A DNA stretch of 53,639 bases from Octopus bimaculoides (taxonomy: Eukaryota), in NCBI RefSeq assembly GCF_001194135.2, contig NC_068982.1, positions 51,272,544-51,326,182 on the forward strand, written 5' to 3'. The notes beneath the pieces are model-generated. The model did not search any database and had not been told where the DNA came from. It saw only the letters and a list, made by a program, of their open reading frames with translations. Below are positions 38,310 through 49,959 of this stretch, in pieces. Both the position numbers and the translations under genes were made by a program. Within the stretch, counting starts at the first letter, position 1. Every line of letters starts with the position of its first letter.

Positions 38310-38505
38310 TTGAAAAAACGAGTAAAGATGGCTTTTGGGGGGTATAATTTTTATTTTAATGATAATGTTTCCAGTTACACTAATGAGTAACTGGGAAAAT
38401 TATCATTAAAATGTTTCCAGTTACTTTAATGAGTAACTGGGAAAATTATCATTAAGATTAAAATTATCCCCTCAAAAGCCATCTCTACTCATTTTTCAAA
38501 TATAT
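38305..38505. mobile_element. MITE with about 45-bp TIRs and two internal tandem hairpins
   Basis: atatttgaaaaaacgagtaaagatggcttttgggggg matches the reverse complement of the right end, and TA flanks both sides. The internal tttccagttac...gagtaactgggaaa occurs twice. Confidence 0.8.
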
Positions 38506-38679
38506 CATACTGTGCCAAGAACCATTTTTTATTATTCTACTCTGTGTTTGTGTGTGTGTGTGTGTGTTTGTGTTGTGGCTTGCGAAAAAAAAAAAGAAGA
38601 AGAAAATGCCATAGGGCTCTGTGTACTGAATTACCCGGGGGCTGGAAATGCTATTAAGACGGCTCTACATGAAACCATT

Positions 38680-39031
38680 GTGGGGGCGCAATGGCTCAGT
38701 GGTTAGGGCAGCGGACTCGCGGTTTCGATTCCCAGACCGGGCGTTGTGAGTGTTTATTGAGCGAAAAGGTCTAAAAGCTCCACGAGGCTCCGGCAGGGGA
38801 TGGTGGTGAACCCTGCTGTACTCTTTCTCTCACTCTTGTTTCTGTTGTGCCTGTAATTCAAAGGGCCAGCCTTTTCACACTGTGCCACGCTGAATATACC
38901 CGAGGACTACGTTAAGGGTACACGTGTCTGTGGAGTGCTCAGCCACTTGCACGTTAATTTCACGAGCAGGCTGTTCCGTTGATCGGATCAACTGGAACCC
39001 TCGACGTCGTAAGCGACGGAGTGCCAACAAC
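38680..39031 (+). mobile_element. tRNA-derived SINE, family B, with 13-bp TSD
   Basis: Head gtgggggcgcaatggctcagtggttaggg, (CAA)n tail, and perfect TSD acatgaaaccatt at 38667-38679 and 39032-39044. Confidence 0.92.
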
Positions 39032-40099
39032 ACATGAAACCATTATCATTAAAAACAGAATTTTTATAGCAGGGATAATTCAGCCTCTCACTTTAAAATG
39101 TTATACAGAGCAACCAAAATCTGTCCAGCAAGTAACCAAAGTAATGTGTATGTTGTCTACATTCTCTGCAATGTACTCTCATAGGGTAATGAGACTTAAG
39201 CTACATATTGTCGAGTCAAACAACACCAGCATGGGGATTGCTTACAAAATGTAAACATCACGATACGAGTAAAAGAGAAACCAACTTTGAATATTCAAGG
39301 GAGACAATCTTTATATTTACCTCCCCTCAATTGATTTTCTTCAAAATTTTAGTGTAAGTAAACAGCTTTACATAGATAGGCAATTAGCGGTTTATAATTG
39401 TTTTGTTAAGATTTTTCTTATTAAAGTAACTGAGATTGAATTTTGAAATTTAACCGAGATGTAGAGAGCCAGAAAACCTCCATTTTCTTGAAAATGAATT
39501 AAAATTACAATTTTTAAAATTTTACTTTTAATTCCTGACAAAACAAAAACTTTGCCTGAAGCAAAAGTTAGATAGGTTTACAAATTTCTTTCTGGCATNN
39601 NNNNNNNNNNNNNNNNNNNNNNNNNNNNNNNNNNNNNNNNNNNNNNNNNNNNNNNNNNNNNNNNNNNNNNNNNNNNNNNNNNNNNNNNNNNNNNNNNNNN
39701 NNNNNNNNNNNNNNNNNNNNNNNNNNNNNNNNNNNNNNNNNNNNNNNNNNNNNNNNNNNNNNNNNNNNNNNNNNNNNNNNNNNNNNNNNNNNNNNNNNNN
39801 NNNNNNNNNNNNNNNNNNNNNNNNNNNNNNNNNNNNNNNNNNNNNNNNNNNNNNNNNNNNNNNNNNNNNNNNNNNNNNNNNNNNNNNNNNNNNNNNNNNN
39901 NNNNNNNNNNNNNNNNNNNNNNNNNNNNNNNNNNNNNNNNNNNNNNNNNNNNNNNNNNNNNNNNNNNNNNNNNNNNNNNNNNNNNNNNNNNNNNNNNNNN
40001 NNNNNNNNNNNNNNNNNNNNNNNNNNNNNNNNNNNNNNNNNNNNNNNNNNNNNNNNNNNNNNNNNNNNNNNNNNNNNNNNNNNNNNNNNNNNNNNNNNN

Positions 40100-40424
40100 G
40101 AGTTTGATTTGAAGAAGATTTGGCTGCTATTATGCTTGAATTACACTATTCTACTTGTTTCAGTTGATTGAGTAATAGCTAATAAGGGGAAAAAGACATC
40201 AAAATACTTGAATATTGCCTGCACTTGTTATTGGAGCTGGCAGAATTATTAATGCACCTCCACCAAGTGCTTCATTTCCTAGAAATAGCAGCCAAATCTT
40301 CTTCAAATCAAACTCAGAATTATTAATGCACCTCCACCAAGTGCATTAATAATTCTGCCAGCTCCAATAACAAGTGCAGGCAATATTCAAGTATTTTGAT
40401 GGCCTTTTTTTCCCTTATCAGCTA
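40100..40424. repeat. Interleaved inverted and direct duplications
   Basis: IR pair 40100-40131 / 40284-40315, IR pair 40176-40257 / 40341-40424, and direct pair 40241-40270 / 40315-40344. Confidence 0.85.
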
Positions 40425-41107
40425 CAAAATTTTTTATCTGTTCTATATCACAATACATACAAGTATACGAAGTTTGAAAGTGTTTCAGTACCAAAAACAC
40501 TACATAAAACATAAATGAAAAATGTTGCCTGTCAAACCAAAAAGATCCGAGAGGAGCAAGAGAGAGAGAAGAGCGAGAGAGAGAGAGGAGCGAAAGAGAG
40601 AGAGGAACGAGAGAGAGAGAGAGAGAGGAGCAAGAGAGAGAAAGGTGGACGACGGCATGGGCTNNNNNNNNNNNNNNNNNNNNNNNNNNNNNNNNNNNNN
40701 NNNNNNNNNNNNNNNNNNNNNNNNNNNNNNNNNNNNNNNNNNNNNNNNNNNNNNNNNNNNNNNNNNNNNNNNNNNNNNNNNNNNNNNNNNNNNNNNNNNN
40801 NNNNNNNNNNNNNNNNNNNNNNNNNNNNNNNNNNNNNNNNNNNNNNNNNNNNNNNNNNNNNNNNNNNNNNNNNNNNNNNNNNNNNNNNNNNNNNNNNNNN
40901 NNNNNNNNNNNNNNNNNNNNNNNNNNNNNNNNNNNNNNNNNNNNNNNNNNNNNNNNNNNNNNNNNNNNNNNNNNNNNNNNNNNNNNNNNNNNNNNNNNNN
41001 NNNNNNNNNNNNNNNNNNNNNNNNNNNNNNNNNNNNNNNNNNNNNNNNNNNNNNNNNNNNNNNNNNNNNNNNNNNNNNNNNNNNNNNNNNNNNNNNNNNN
41101 NNNNNNA

Positions 41108-41645
41108 AATTGATTAACGCCCCACCCATGCCGGGTTCCTTAACTACCCTGTCCATGATGTAGCGTATTAGGTGGAGGTTGTCATGGATGCTTCTGCCCA
41201 GCACGCCGCACGTCTGCGCCGTGTCGACCAGTTTGCCGATGACAAGCGCCAACCTCTCAGCTAGCACCTTGGCCAAAATTTTCAAATCTGCGTTAAGCAG
41301 AGTGATGGGCCTGAAGTTATCTAAGACATCCCCCTTGTTTGGGTCCTTCTTTAGCAGTGTTACCGCACCTCGGCTCACAAAACTGGGTATGCTCCCGTTT
41401 TGCTGCCAGTTGTAGTACACACTTGCCAAGACGTCCCCAAACAAGTCCGGCATATGACAATAAAATTCGTAGGGAAGACCATCCAAGCCAGGCGACTTGT
41501 CTCTTGCACAGCCCGCCATCGCGTCCCGTACGTCCGCAGCTGTGATGGGTCTTTCGCAACACTGTGCCTCGCCCGTCGACAGCCGTAGCAGGGCGTGCAG
41601 GTAGGCACTGAAGTCCACCTGACGTTCGTCCCCACCATCGGCCAC
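41108..41645 (-). mobile_element. Tx1/L1-clade LINE reverse transcriptase fragment
   Basis: KSPGLDGLPYEFY, NFRPITLLNADLKILAKVLAERL and GRSIHDNLHLIR are N-terminal RT motifs of L1/Tx1 ORF2. The frame is open until the N gap. Confidence 0.92.
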
Positions 41646-41649
41646 TCTT

Positions 41650-42190
41650 GTTTTTCTCTATCTTTCTCTCTCCCGCTCTTTCTATCTCCCCCTCTCTCTC
41701 TCTCTCTCGCTTTATCTCTCTCTCTCTTGCTCTATTCCTGTATCTCTGTCTCTCTCATTCTCTCTCTCGCTCTATCTCTGTCTCTCTCTCCCTGTCTCTC
41801 TCTCTCTCTCTGTCTCCCTCTCTCTCTCTTTCTCGCTCTCTCTCTGTCTCTCTTTCCCTCTCTCTCTCTCTCCCCTCTCTGCCCCCTCCCTCTCTCACTC
41901 GCTCTATCTCTTTCTCTCTCTCTCTGTCTCCCTCTCTCTCTCTTTCGCTCTATGTAGGTATGTATGTACGTACGTAACTCTTTTTGTATGTATATACGTA
42001 CGTAACTATGCCTTTCATGCCGTTCGCATCTGTTCTGTCCTGCCACCCGGTCTGTTATGACTTTTCCATTTTCCTTTTCCTTGTGCTAACTTACTGCACT
42101 CGTCTGATAGTCGAAAGACCTTGTTTGTTTTCTTTTATTGTTGTTGTAATTGTATAATAATTCTCCTTTTGTTGTATAGCTTAAAGGCGT
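41650..42190 (+). mobile_element. CT-rich tract plus LINE 3' UTR-like sequence
   Basis: About 300 bp of (CT)n-like sequence, then tagtcgaaagaccttgtttgttttc...tgtaattgt, related to 37890-37940. Confidence 0.4.
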
Positions 42191-42480
42191 TTGTCCATTA
42201 TATAATTCTATTTTGTATGTTAAATTTGTTCCGATAGGCGAAAGATCCTGTAGTGACACCTTAATAGCAGACATTCCGGAAAGCTTATCCATGCATGAGC
42301 AGGGACTTGTTCCGGAAGGAATACAGGAAGAGTCTCGTGCGCATGCGTGGTCATTCGACATCCAAGTTTCGCGCCCTTATTCATTCTCTTTCTCGCCGGC
42401 CGACGAAGAGCCCAGACGTACAAGCAGTCTCTCTCCAAGATTCCAACTCTAGAGACAGTCTTTCCAACATTCCAACTCTG

Positions 42481-44768
42481 GAGCTAGACAAATAACCACC
42501 AACATCATTGACGGCGTCTCAGCAACCAAAAGGTGAAGTGCTGCCTATTTCCTTTGTAAATAAATATTGTTGTGTTGATATTTCAGAATTTGCGTTCCGT
42601 TGTTTCTTCTAGAAATTTAATGTACGGAAGCGGTGTACACCTAATGGTGTATAACCACTTTCCTACAATTGATGACCCCGACGCAAGAACAAACGCAGCC
42701 CGGAGAATCCCTACAATTGGTGGCCCCGACTCAAGAACAACCACGGCCGAGGATTCTGATCTACCGACCAATAATACCACCAGAGAATGCACACACTCAC
42801 TCGCATCAGCTTATTCCACAGCTGCAGGACTTTCTCTTGGTCATCACACGGCACTTCCTTACAATTGATGACCCCGAATAAAGAACAACTGCAGCCGAAA
42901 ATCTGAACTGCGACCAATAATACTACAATTGGTACCCCGAGCTAAAAGATCTACAGACCTCGTTTCAACAGCCATTGAATTCGTATGTTTCGCGATGTTC
43001 AACTTCAGGATTGCCTCTACATCCTCATCCATCACAAGTGAAANNNNNNNNNNNNNNNNNNNNNNNNNNNNNNNNNNNNNNNNNNNNNNNNNNNNNNNNN
43101 NNNNNNNNNNNNNNNNNNNNNNNNNNNNNNNNNNNNNNNNNNNNNNNNNNNNNNNNNNNNNNNNNNNNNNNNNNNNNNNNNNNNNNNNNNNNNNNNNNNN
43201 NNNNNNNNNNNNNNNNNNNNNNNNNNNNNNNNNNNNNNNNNNNNNNNNNNNNNNNNNNNNNNNNNNNNNNNNNNNNNNNNNNNNNNNNNNNNNNNNNNNN
43301 NNNNNNNNNNNNNNNNNNNNNNNNNNNNNNNNNNNNNNNNNNNNNNNNNNNNNNNNNNNNNNNNNNNNNNNNNNNNNNNNNNNNNNNNNNNNNNNNNNNN
43401 NNNNNNNNNNNNNNNNNNNNNNNNNNNNNNNNNNNNNNNNNNNNNNNNNNNNNNNNNNNNNNNNNNAACTTTTTGAGCAATTTCCTACATGTTTCACGAG
43501 ACGTCAATTCATTCTTACACAGCGTCCTCTACTTGCTGAAAATAGCAGTAAAATGCACAGTTACATTTCAGTGGGTACATAACATTTGTTGATGCTTACT
43601 TGTTCCCAGTTCAGCTTATTTCGTCACCTCTCCGTTTCTCTCGGCCGGAGAATGGAAGAGTTACTGGCTTATCTTCATTTGCACGGGATCTTTTAGTCAT
43701 TTTCGCTCGCAGCTCCGAATTCATGACAGCATTTTCCAGCAATGCCACCAACGGTACCTCTCAAATAGATGCCCTGTCAAATTTGTCTCTCCTGATACGC
43801 ACCAACAGCCACCATCCCGCTTCTAATGGGATGGTTGAGCGTTTTCATAGGCAATTTAAGGCTGCCTTACACGCCTCGCCCAACCCGCAGTCTTGGGTTG
43901 AATTTCTTCAAGGTCGACGCTAATGGTTGTACAGAGATTGTGTCTGCCGACCATCTGAAGAAGCGTACCTTGGCAAACCCTCAACTTTCGTGTACGACAT
44001 GCCCGTTTTTCAAACACCACACACCACTGTCAACATCATTACCACCACACACATACAGAACACAGCTACAGCCAGTTTACAGCGACGACATCAACAACCA
44101 CTACGAACTACAAGCATCGCCCCCGACGTCGCCAGCAGCAATACGACTCTACGTACTACCAACGTCATCAACATGACTTCTACACATACACAAGCAACCA
44201 ACATCAACAAGCGCGGTTTTATCTCGACCCTGTTAGAGTGGATGTTTCCACTCACGATCAACAGACCAGAACTAACCAGCCAGAATATTCAGTACCAGGT
44301 AACACAGGTCCCAGCATCGACGCTCAACTACAGCTCTGCTCCTTGACCGCAACTTCCTGCATATGAACATTCTAAANNNNNNNNNNNNNNNNNNNNNNNN
44401 NNNNNNNNNNNNNNNNNNNNNNNNNNNNNNNNNNNNNNNNNNNNNNNNNNNNNNNNNNNNNNNNNNNNNNNNNNNNNNNNNNNNNNNNNNNNNNNNNNNN
44501 NNNNNNNNNNNNNNNNNNNNNNNNNNNNNNNNNNNNNNNNNNNNNNNNNNNNNNNNNNNNNNNNNNNNNNNNNNNNNNNNNNNNNNNNNNNNNNNNNNNN
44601 NNNNNNNNNNNNNNNNNNNNNNNNNNNNNNNNNNNNNNNNNNNNNNNNNNNNNNNNNNNNNNNNNNNNNNNNNNNNNNNNNNNNNNNNNNNGAGCTAGAC
44701 AAATAACCACCAACATCATTGATGGCGTCTCAGCAACCAAATGGGCGAAGTGCTGCCTATTTCCTCTG
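42481..44768 (+). mobile_element. Internally deleted Ty3/Gypsy LTR retrotransposon relic
   Basis: A direct repeat of about 76 bp (42481-42556 / 44692-44768) is a likely LTR segment. There are tRNA-Trp-type PBS motifs from 42670, an RNase H-like RQFILTQRPL at about 43500 and the integrase motif HHPASNGMVERFHRQFKAAL at 43800-43875. Confidence 0.8.
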
Positions 44769-44810
44769 AAAAATGTTGACCATCAAACCAAAAAGATTCA
44801 AAAGGATTAT

Positions 44811-45039
44811 ACATAGATAGGCAATTATCGGTTTATAATTATTTTGTTAAGATTTTTCTTATTAAAGTAACTGAGATTGAATTTTGAAATTTAACCGAGA
44901 TATAGAGAGCCAGAAAACCTCCATTTTCTTGAAAATGAATTAAAATTAGAATTTTAAAAATTTTACTTTTAATTCCTGACAAAACAAAAACTTTGCCTGA
45001 AGCAAAAGTTAGATAGGTTTACAAATTTCTTTCTGGCAT
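44811..45039 (+). repeat. 229-bp direct duplicate of 39370-39598
   Basis: acatagataggcaatta...tttctttctggcat is present twice with a handful of substitutions. The left copy runs into an N gap. Confidence 0.9.
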
Positions 45040-48000
45040 TTTTCACCTTTTGGTAGGTAGGTAGGTATGTACGTACGCATGCACGCACACACATCTACGC
45101 ACACACGCATCCATGCATGTTAATGTTTCTTTTTCTGTCAAGCAAATCAAATCCTTAAAGTCAGTTACTGTCAACCTTTTTCTTGTAAAAGTTTAACAAA
45201 TACACGTGGCGTTAGGAAGGGCATCCAGCTATAGAAACATTGCCAGATCAGATTGGAGCCTGGTGCAGCCATCTGGCTTGCCAGACCTCAGTGAAACCGT
45301 CCAACCCATGCCAGCATGGAAAACGGATATTAAATGATGGTGATGATGATTTACACATGCATTCTCACTGACACACACACTATTCTGTCTTCTCTTAACT
45401 CAAGCTGACAGGAGAGCAGGCCTATTGTCACACTTTGGTGCCTGGGGGTGCTTCGGAATACTCTGAGTGGGCCCTAATTTATATCAATGCTAAAGCAGAA
45501 TTTGAAAATAAGTGTATCACTGTAAATCTGAGGGTACATCATTGAATAGTGAGTGAGAGGGCAGTGCCATCCAGTGCATCTCCTTAGTGACGGGCATGTG
45601 GGAGAGCCCCTATAGGGCCCTTGATTAGAAATAAAAATCCCATCTCCATCAAATCACACTTTAATCTCATAAAAACTAACACAATGAATAGTGTTGTTCT
45701 AGATGCACTATTTTTGAAAAGAAGGCATGAATGTCATGGCTAGAAAGCCTTTGATTATAAGTCTGCTTATCAGAGCTAACTGAGGCAAAACAATATTGTG
45801 GTACAGCATGGGTTTTGGCTGCCCTCTTCCTTAAATATAACATATCTTCAACTACAGCAAACACCTCTATAAAGTGGTCACCCTGTGCAGTCTACACACA
45901 CCACATACCCCAAACTAAATCACTGAAACCACAACAAATAACTGAATATTTGGTGATCGAGTACCTATATACAATTGTCATATTTTCTGACATACAAGTC
46001 AAATTTTTCAGACCAAAATTTATGTCCGAAAAAAGGTACGTCAACTTATACTCAAAAGCAACTTTAGAGGAGCAAAAATTCCATGTGAAATGCAGCAGGG
46101 TTTGGAAAGATAGTGACAATTTTTGAATCACTGACTAATATTATGTCTATTAGTTTCCTCACAAATTACAAGTATTAACTCCGGACAGGTTTTTATCTTA
46201 TTCTGGCTTCAACAGTAACAAAGTATAGTCTCACAACTTTTGTTCAGTAGTTTGCAAGCATAATTTTTTTATTATTTATCCTTTTATTTTTTCATAGCAA
46301 TATGAGGCAACCCTTCCCATTACTTGTGCATGTGCACAAACTCACACATACATATATGATATGTGTAGAAGGAGAGAGAAATATGTAAGTTTCAAGTAAG
46401 CTGAAACCAAATTTGGTTTTGAATCCATTTCATTTTTTCACATTTAATTCCATTGGGAAGGACAAATGTCAGTTTCTTTCACCCAACTCCTTCAAAATAT
46501 TTGACCTTGTGCCAATGTAGCCTTCTGCCAATTCTAAAGAAACCAAAATAAAATTTAGAATATTTTGTTTTTCATCTTTATTCATAAGTTTGCAGAAAAA
46601 TAGCAGTGCCTGTAGTCTTATAAGAATCTCTAAATCTTGTTGCATAATGTATCTAGTGTATATATATGTGCAATGTATATAAGGGAGGTTTGAATGTAAC
46701 GTAGTTAATATTTAATTTACATAGTTGCAAGTTAATTGTAGAAAGGAATATCTTTGAATTGCAAAGGGTTTTGGTTTTGAGAAAAAAAATGCTACCAAAA
46801 TGTTCAGAAAGATGCACGTGTGGTGAGCACAGTAGAGGTGACGGAGAAAAAGTTGTTTAGTCCCAGGTCAGCTCTTAATGAGCATAATTATACAGAAAAA
46901 TGTTCCTGTCATGACATTGATGATTTTATTCTGATATAGTATGTTTTCTCTTTGTTTTAAGATGGTAAGATCTGATTCAACCGATATTTCTTGTAAGTTG
47001 GGCAACCATGTAAATAAATGTTTGATGACTTGAGGTAAAGTGATAGATATAGTGAAGAGAGATAGAGGGAGATAAGTAATGGGACGTGAAATAAAGAAAT
47101 GAACTGGTGTTATAAGATAATGGTTAGAAGGTTCACATGGTCACCAAAGCTCTCTGAGGCTAGTCAACAACTAACTTAATATTTGGTAAGACAAATATTA
47201 AGTTAGTTGATATTTATTAATAACTACAGCCATGATTAATCAAAATGGAAACAAATATAGATAATTGAGCTGAGCCTATTCATACTTATTTTGAAGAGCC
47301 TAACTTGTATAGGGAGCAAAATTGAGGAGTCGTGAGAACGTCCATATCTCAACACTCTAAGGTCAAACCCCATATTTCATCCTTTAGGGGACAGTAAAAT
47401 AAAATAAAGCACCAACCAAGAGTGGTAGATTGGTAGAACTCAGAGTGCCAAACAGTAAACAATCATCATCGTTTTAATGTCCATTTTTCCATGCTTGTAT
47501 GGGTTGCATAGAATTAGCTGAAGCTGATTTTACTATGGCCAAATGCCTTTCTTGTCACTAATCTTTACCTGATTCCAAACAAGGTAATATTTCCTTATGG
47601 CCAGACATGTTTTCACAGAATACTGGAAATGAATGACATTCATTTACAATACAATCACATGATATGAAAACAAGGAGACATAAACATACACATGCTCACA
47701 CACATACATACATTTACATAAAGGCATACCTTTATTTCAAGTTATGTCTTTCTCACTTTTTTTTTCTTTTTAAGAAATCAATGAAAAAAATAAACTTCAA
47801 CTTCAGTTGATTTATCTGAATTGACAACAATCTCAGCAAACATTTAAAAACATAAAAATCTTTTACAAAAATCTGAAAACCAACACTGAACATCTTTAAC
47901 ATTATTCCAAGGCAGAATCTACATAACACTTTTTAACACAGCCAGTCCTTTCAACTATACATATAGTACAGTTTTCACCAGTCTAATTTTGCTCACAAGG

Positions 48001-48881
48001 TATGGTATGGGATGGTTCAAGGTTATACTCAAGGACATTTGCCCAAGTTGCCACAAAGTAGAATTGAACCTGAGATCTCATCATTGCAAAGTAAACTTTT
48101 TAACCACTTGGCAATGCTTGCATCCATATATATACAGGGCATGAGAAGTATTTGAATAAATATTTTGTAATTTAAGTAAACAACTTCAATCTAGCAAAAA
48201 ACCAAATGTATTTTGATATAAATTTGTGCACATGTTCTTAATAAGCTTGCATACATAAGATTTATAAGATAGGTCTACACTGTAATGTGGTCGACACTTA
48301 GAAGGGCATCCAGCTGTAAAAACCTTGTCAAAACTGACCACGCCTGTGCTTGTGCCACATAAAAAGCACTAGGTACACTCTGCTGAGTGCTTGGTGTTAT
48401 TCAGGCATAATCTGGATAATGGAAGCCTTCAGTAAAGCTATGATAGTGAGGATGTCAATTAGTCTCCCTTTCAACAACACTACAGAATTATGGAGGCTAC
48501 AAGTTTGGTGTTACATCATCAAGATTATCTGACATCCATTCTTGGGTTATGTGGGTTGAGAAGGTGCTGAGTCTTATTGACATCCTAATAGTCTTCCATT
48601 GTGTACTTTATCCATTCAGAGCTTAACTGTCTCCAGCATCTCAGTATATCCAGTGACATTAATTCTAAGATGTTGTGGAAAGATGTGAGTTTGCATGTCA
48701 AGACTTTCATTACTCACCATTCCTAAAACCAATCACAGTTGTTAGAAACTTAATGTGCATCACTCTAGGTGACAACAGAATGATCTGCATATAACCATCT
48801 ATCATTTCTCCTATTAGATTTTTGGTTTTGGTTAAAGTTTGGGTGGAATTCTGCTTTAAGCACCCCATATAAACCCTCATA

Positions 48882-49261
48882 GTGGAGGCGCAATGGCCCA
48901 GTGGTTAGGACAGTGGACTCGCGGTCAAAGGATCACGGTTTCGATTCCCAGACCAGGTGTTGTGAGTGTTTATTGAGCGAAAACACCTAAAGCTCCATGA
49001 GGCTCTGGCAGGGGATGATGGCGAACCCTGCTGTACTCTTTTACCACAACTTTCTCTTACTTCCTGTTTCTGTTGTGCCTGTAATTCAAAGGGTCAGCCT
49101 TGTCACGCTGAATATCCCCGAGAGCTACGTTAAGGGTACACGTGTCTGTGGAGTGCTCAGCCACTTGCACGTTAATTTCACGAGCAGGCTGTTCCGTTGA
49201 TCGGATCAACTGGAACCCTCGACGTCATAGGCGACGGGAGTGCCAAAAACAACAACAAAAC
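48882..49261 (+). mobile_element. tRNA-derived SINE, family B, with 11-bp TSD
   Basis: TSD aaaccctcata at 48871-48881 and 49262-49272. Same family as 38680-39031. Confidence 0.92.
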
Positions 49262-49492
49262 AAACCCTCATAACTTTTTTTTTATGTTTTGGAATTTTTC
49301 AGAAAATTTTTGCAAATCTGTGTTCTACACACAGGAATTTGTGTGATTAAGCAAAACGCAGAAAAAAGTTTTGGTGCATGATCTAAGGCTATTTAGCTGT
49401 TATTTTTAGCACATGTCACAACCATCTCATACCCTTCTCACTACTAATTTTCTGAAAATTCCAAAAAAGAAAAAGGGCTATGAGGGGTTATT

Positions 49493-49879
49493 GTTGTTGT
49501 TGGCACTCCGTCGCTTACGACGTCGAGGGTTCCAGTTGATCCGATCAACGGAACAACCTGCTTGTGAAATTAATGTGCAAGTGGCTGAGCACTCCACAGA
49601 CACTAGTACCCTTAATGTAGTTCTCGGGGATATACAGCGTGACACAGTGTGACAAGGCTGGCCCTTTGAAATACAGGCACAACAGAAACAGGAAGTAAGA
49701 GTGAGAGAAAGTTGTGGTGAAAGAGTACAACAGGGTTCGCCACCATCCCCTGCCGGAGCCTCGTGGAGCCTTAGGTGTTTTCGCTCAATAAACACTCACA
49801 ACGCCCGGTCTGGGAATCGAAACCGTGATCCTATGACCGCGAGTCCGTTGCCCTAACCACTGGGCCATTGCGCCTCCAC
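49493..49879 (-). mobile_element. tRNA-derived SINE, family B, with 13-bp TSD (1 mismatch)
   Basis: TSD atgagggg(t/c)tatt at 49480-49492 and 49880-49892. Full head and (CAA)n tail on the minus strand. Confidence 0.92.
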
Positions 49880-49959
49880 ATGAGGGGCTATTTGACATAC
49901 TTAAACAAGTATTCAGCCAAGTTTTTTCACCAGAGAAGAACCAAAGTATACCATGTTTG

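Larger units (their letters stand above)
48860..49900. mobile_element. TTAA-flanked MITE carrying two SINE insertions
   Basis: TTAA lies at 48856-48859 and 49901-49904. With the SINEs removed, both ends read ttaag...ccctcata...ttttggaatttt(t)cagaaaatt as imperfect TIRs. Confidence 0.65.

Noticed and set aside
42213-42452. 79-aa ORF with ordinary composition upstream of the LTR-like repeat
   Set aside because: No recognisable motif, and it probably lies within the LTR or adjacent TE sequence.
42663-42945. PBS repeat-spacer pattern as a CRISPR-like array
   Set aside because: The repeats are short and degenerate, spacer lengths are very unequal and partly homologous to each other, and an LTR/PBS origin explains it.
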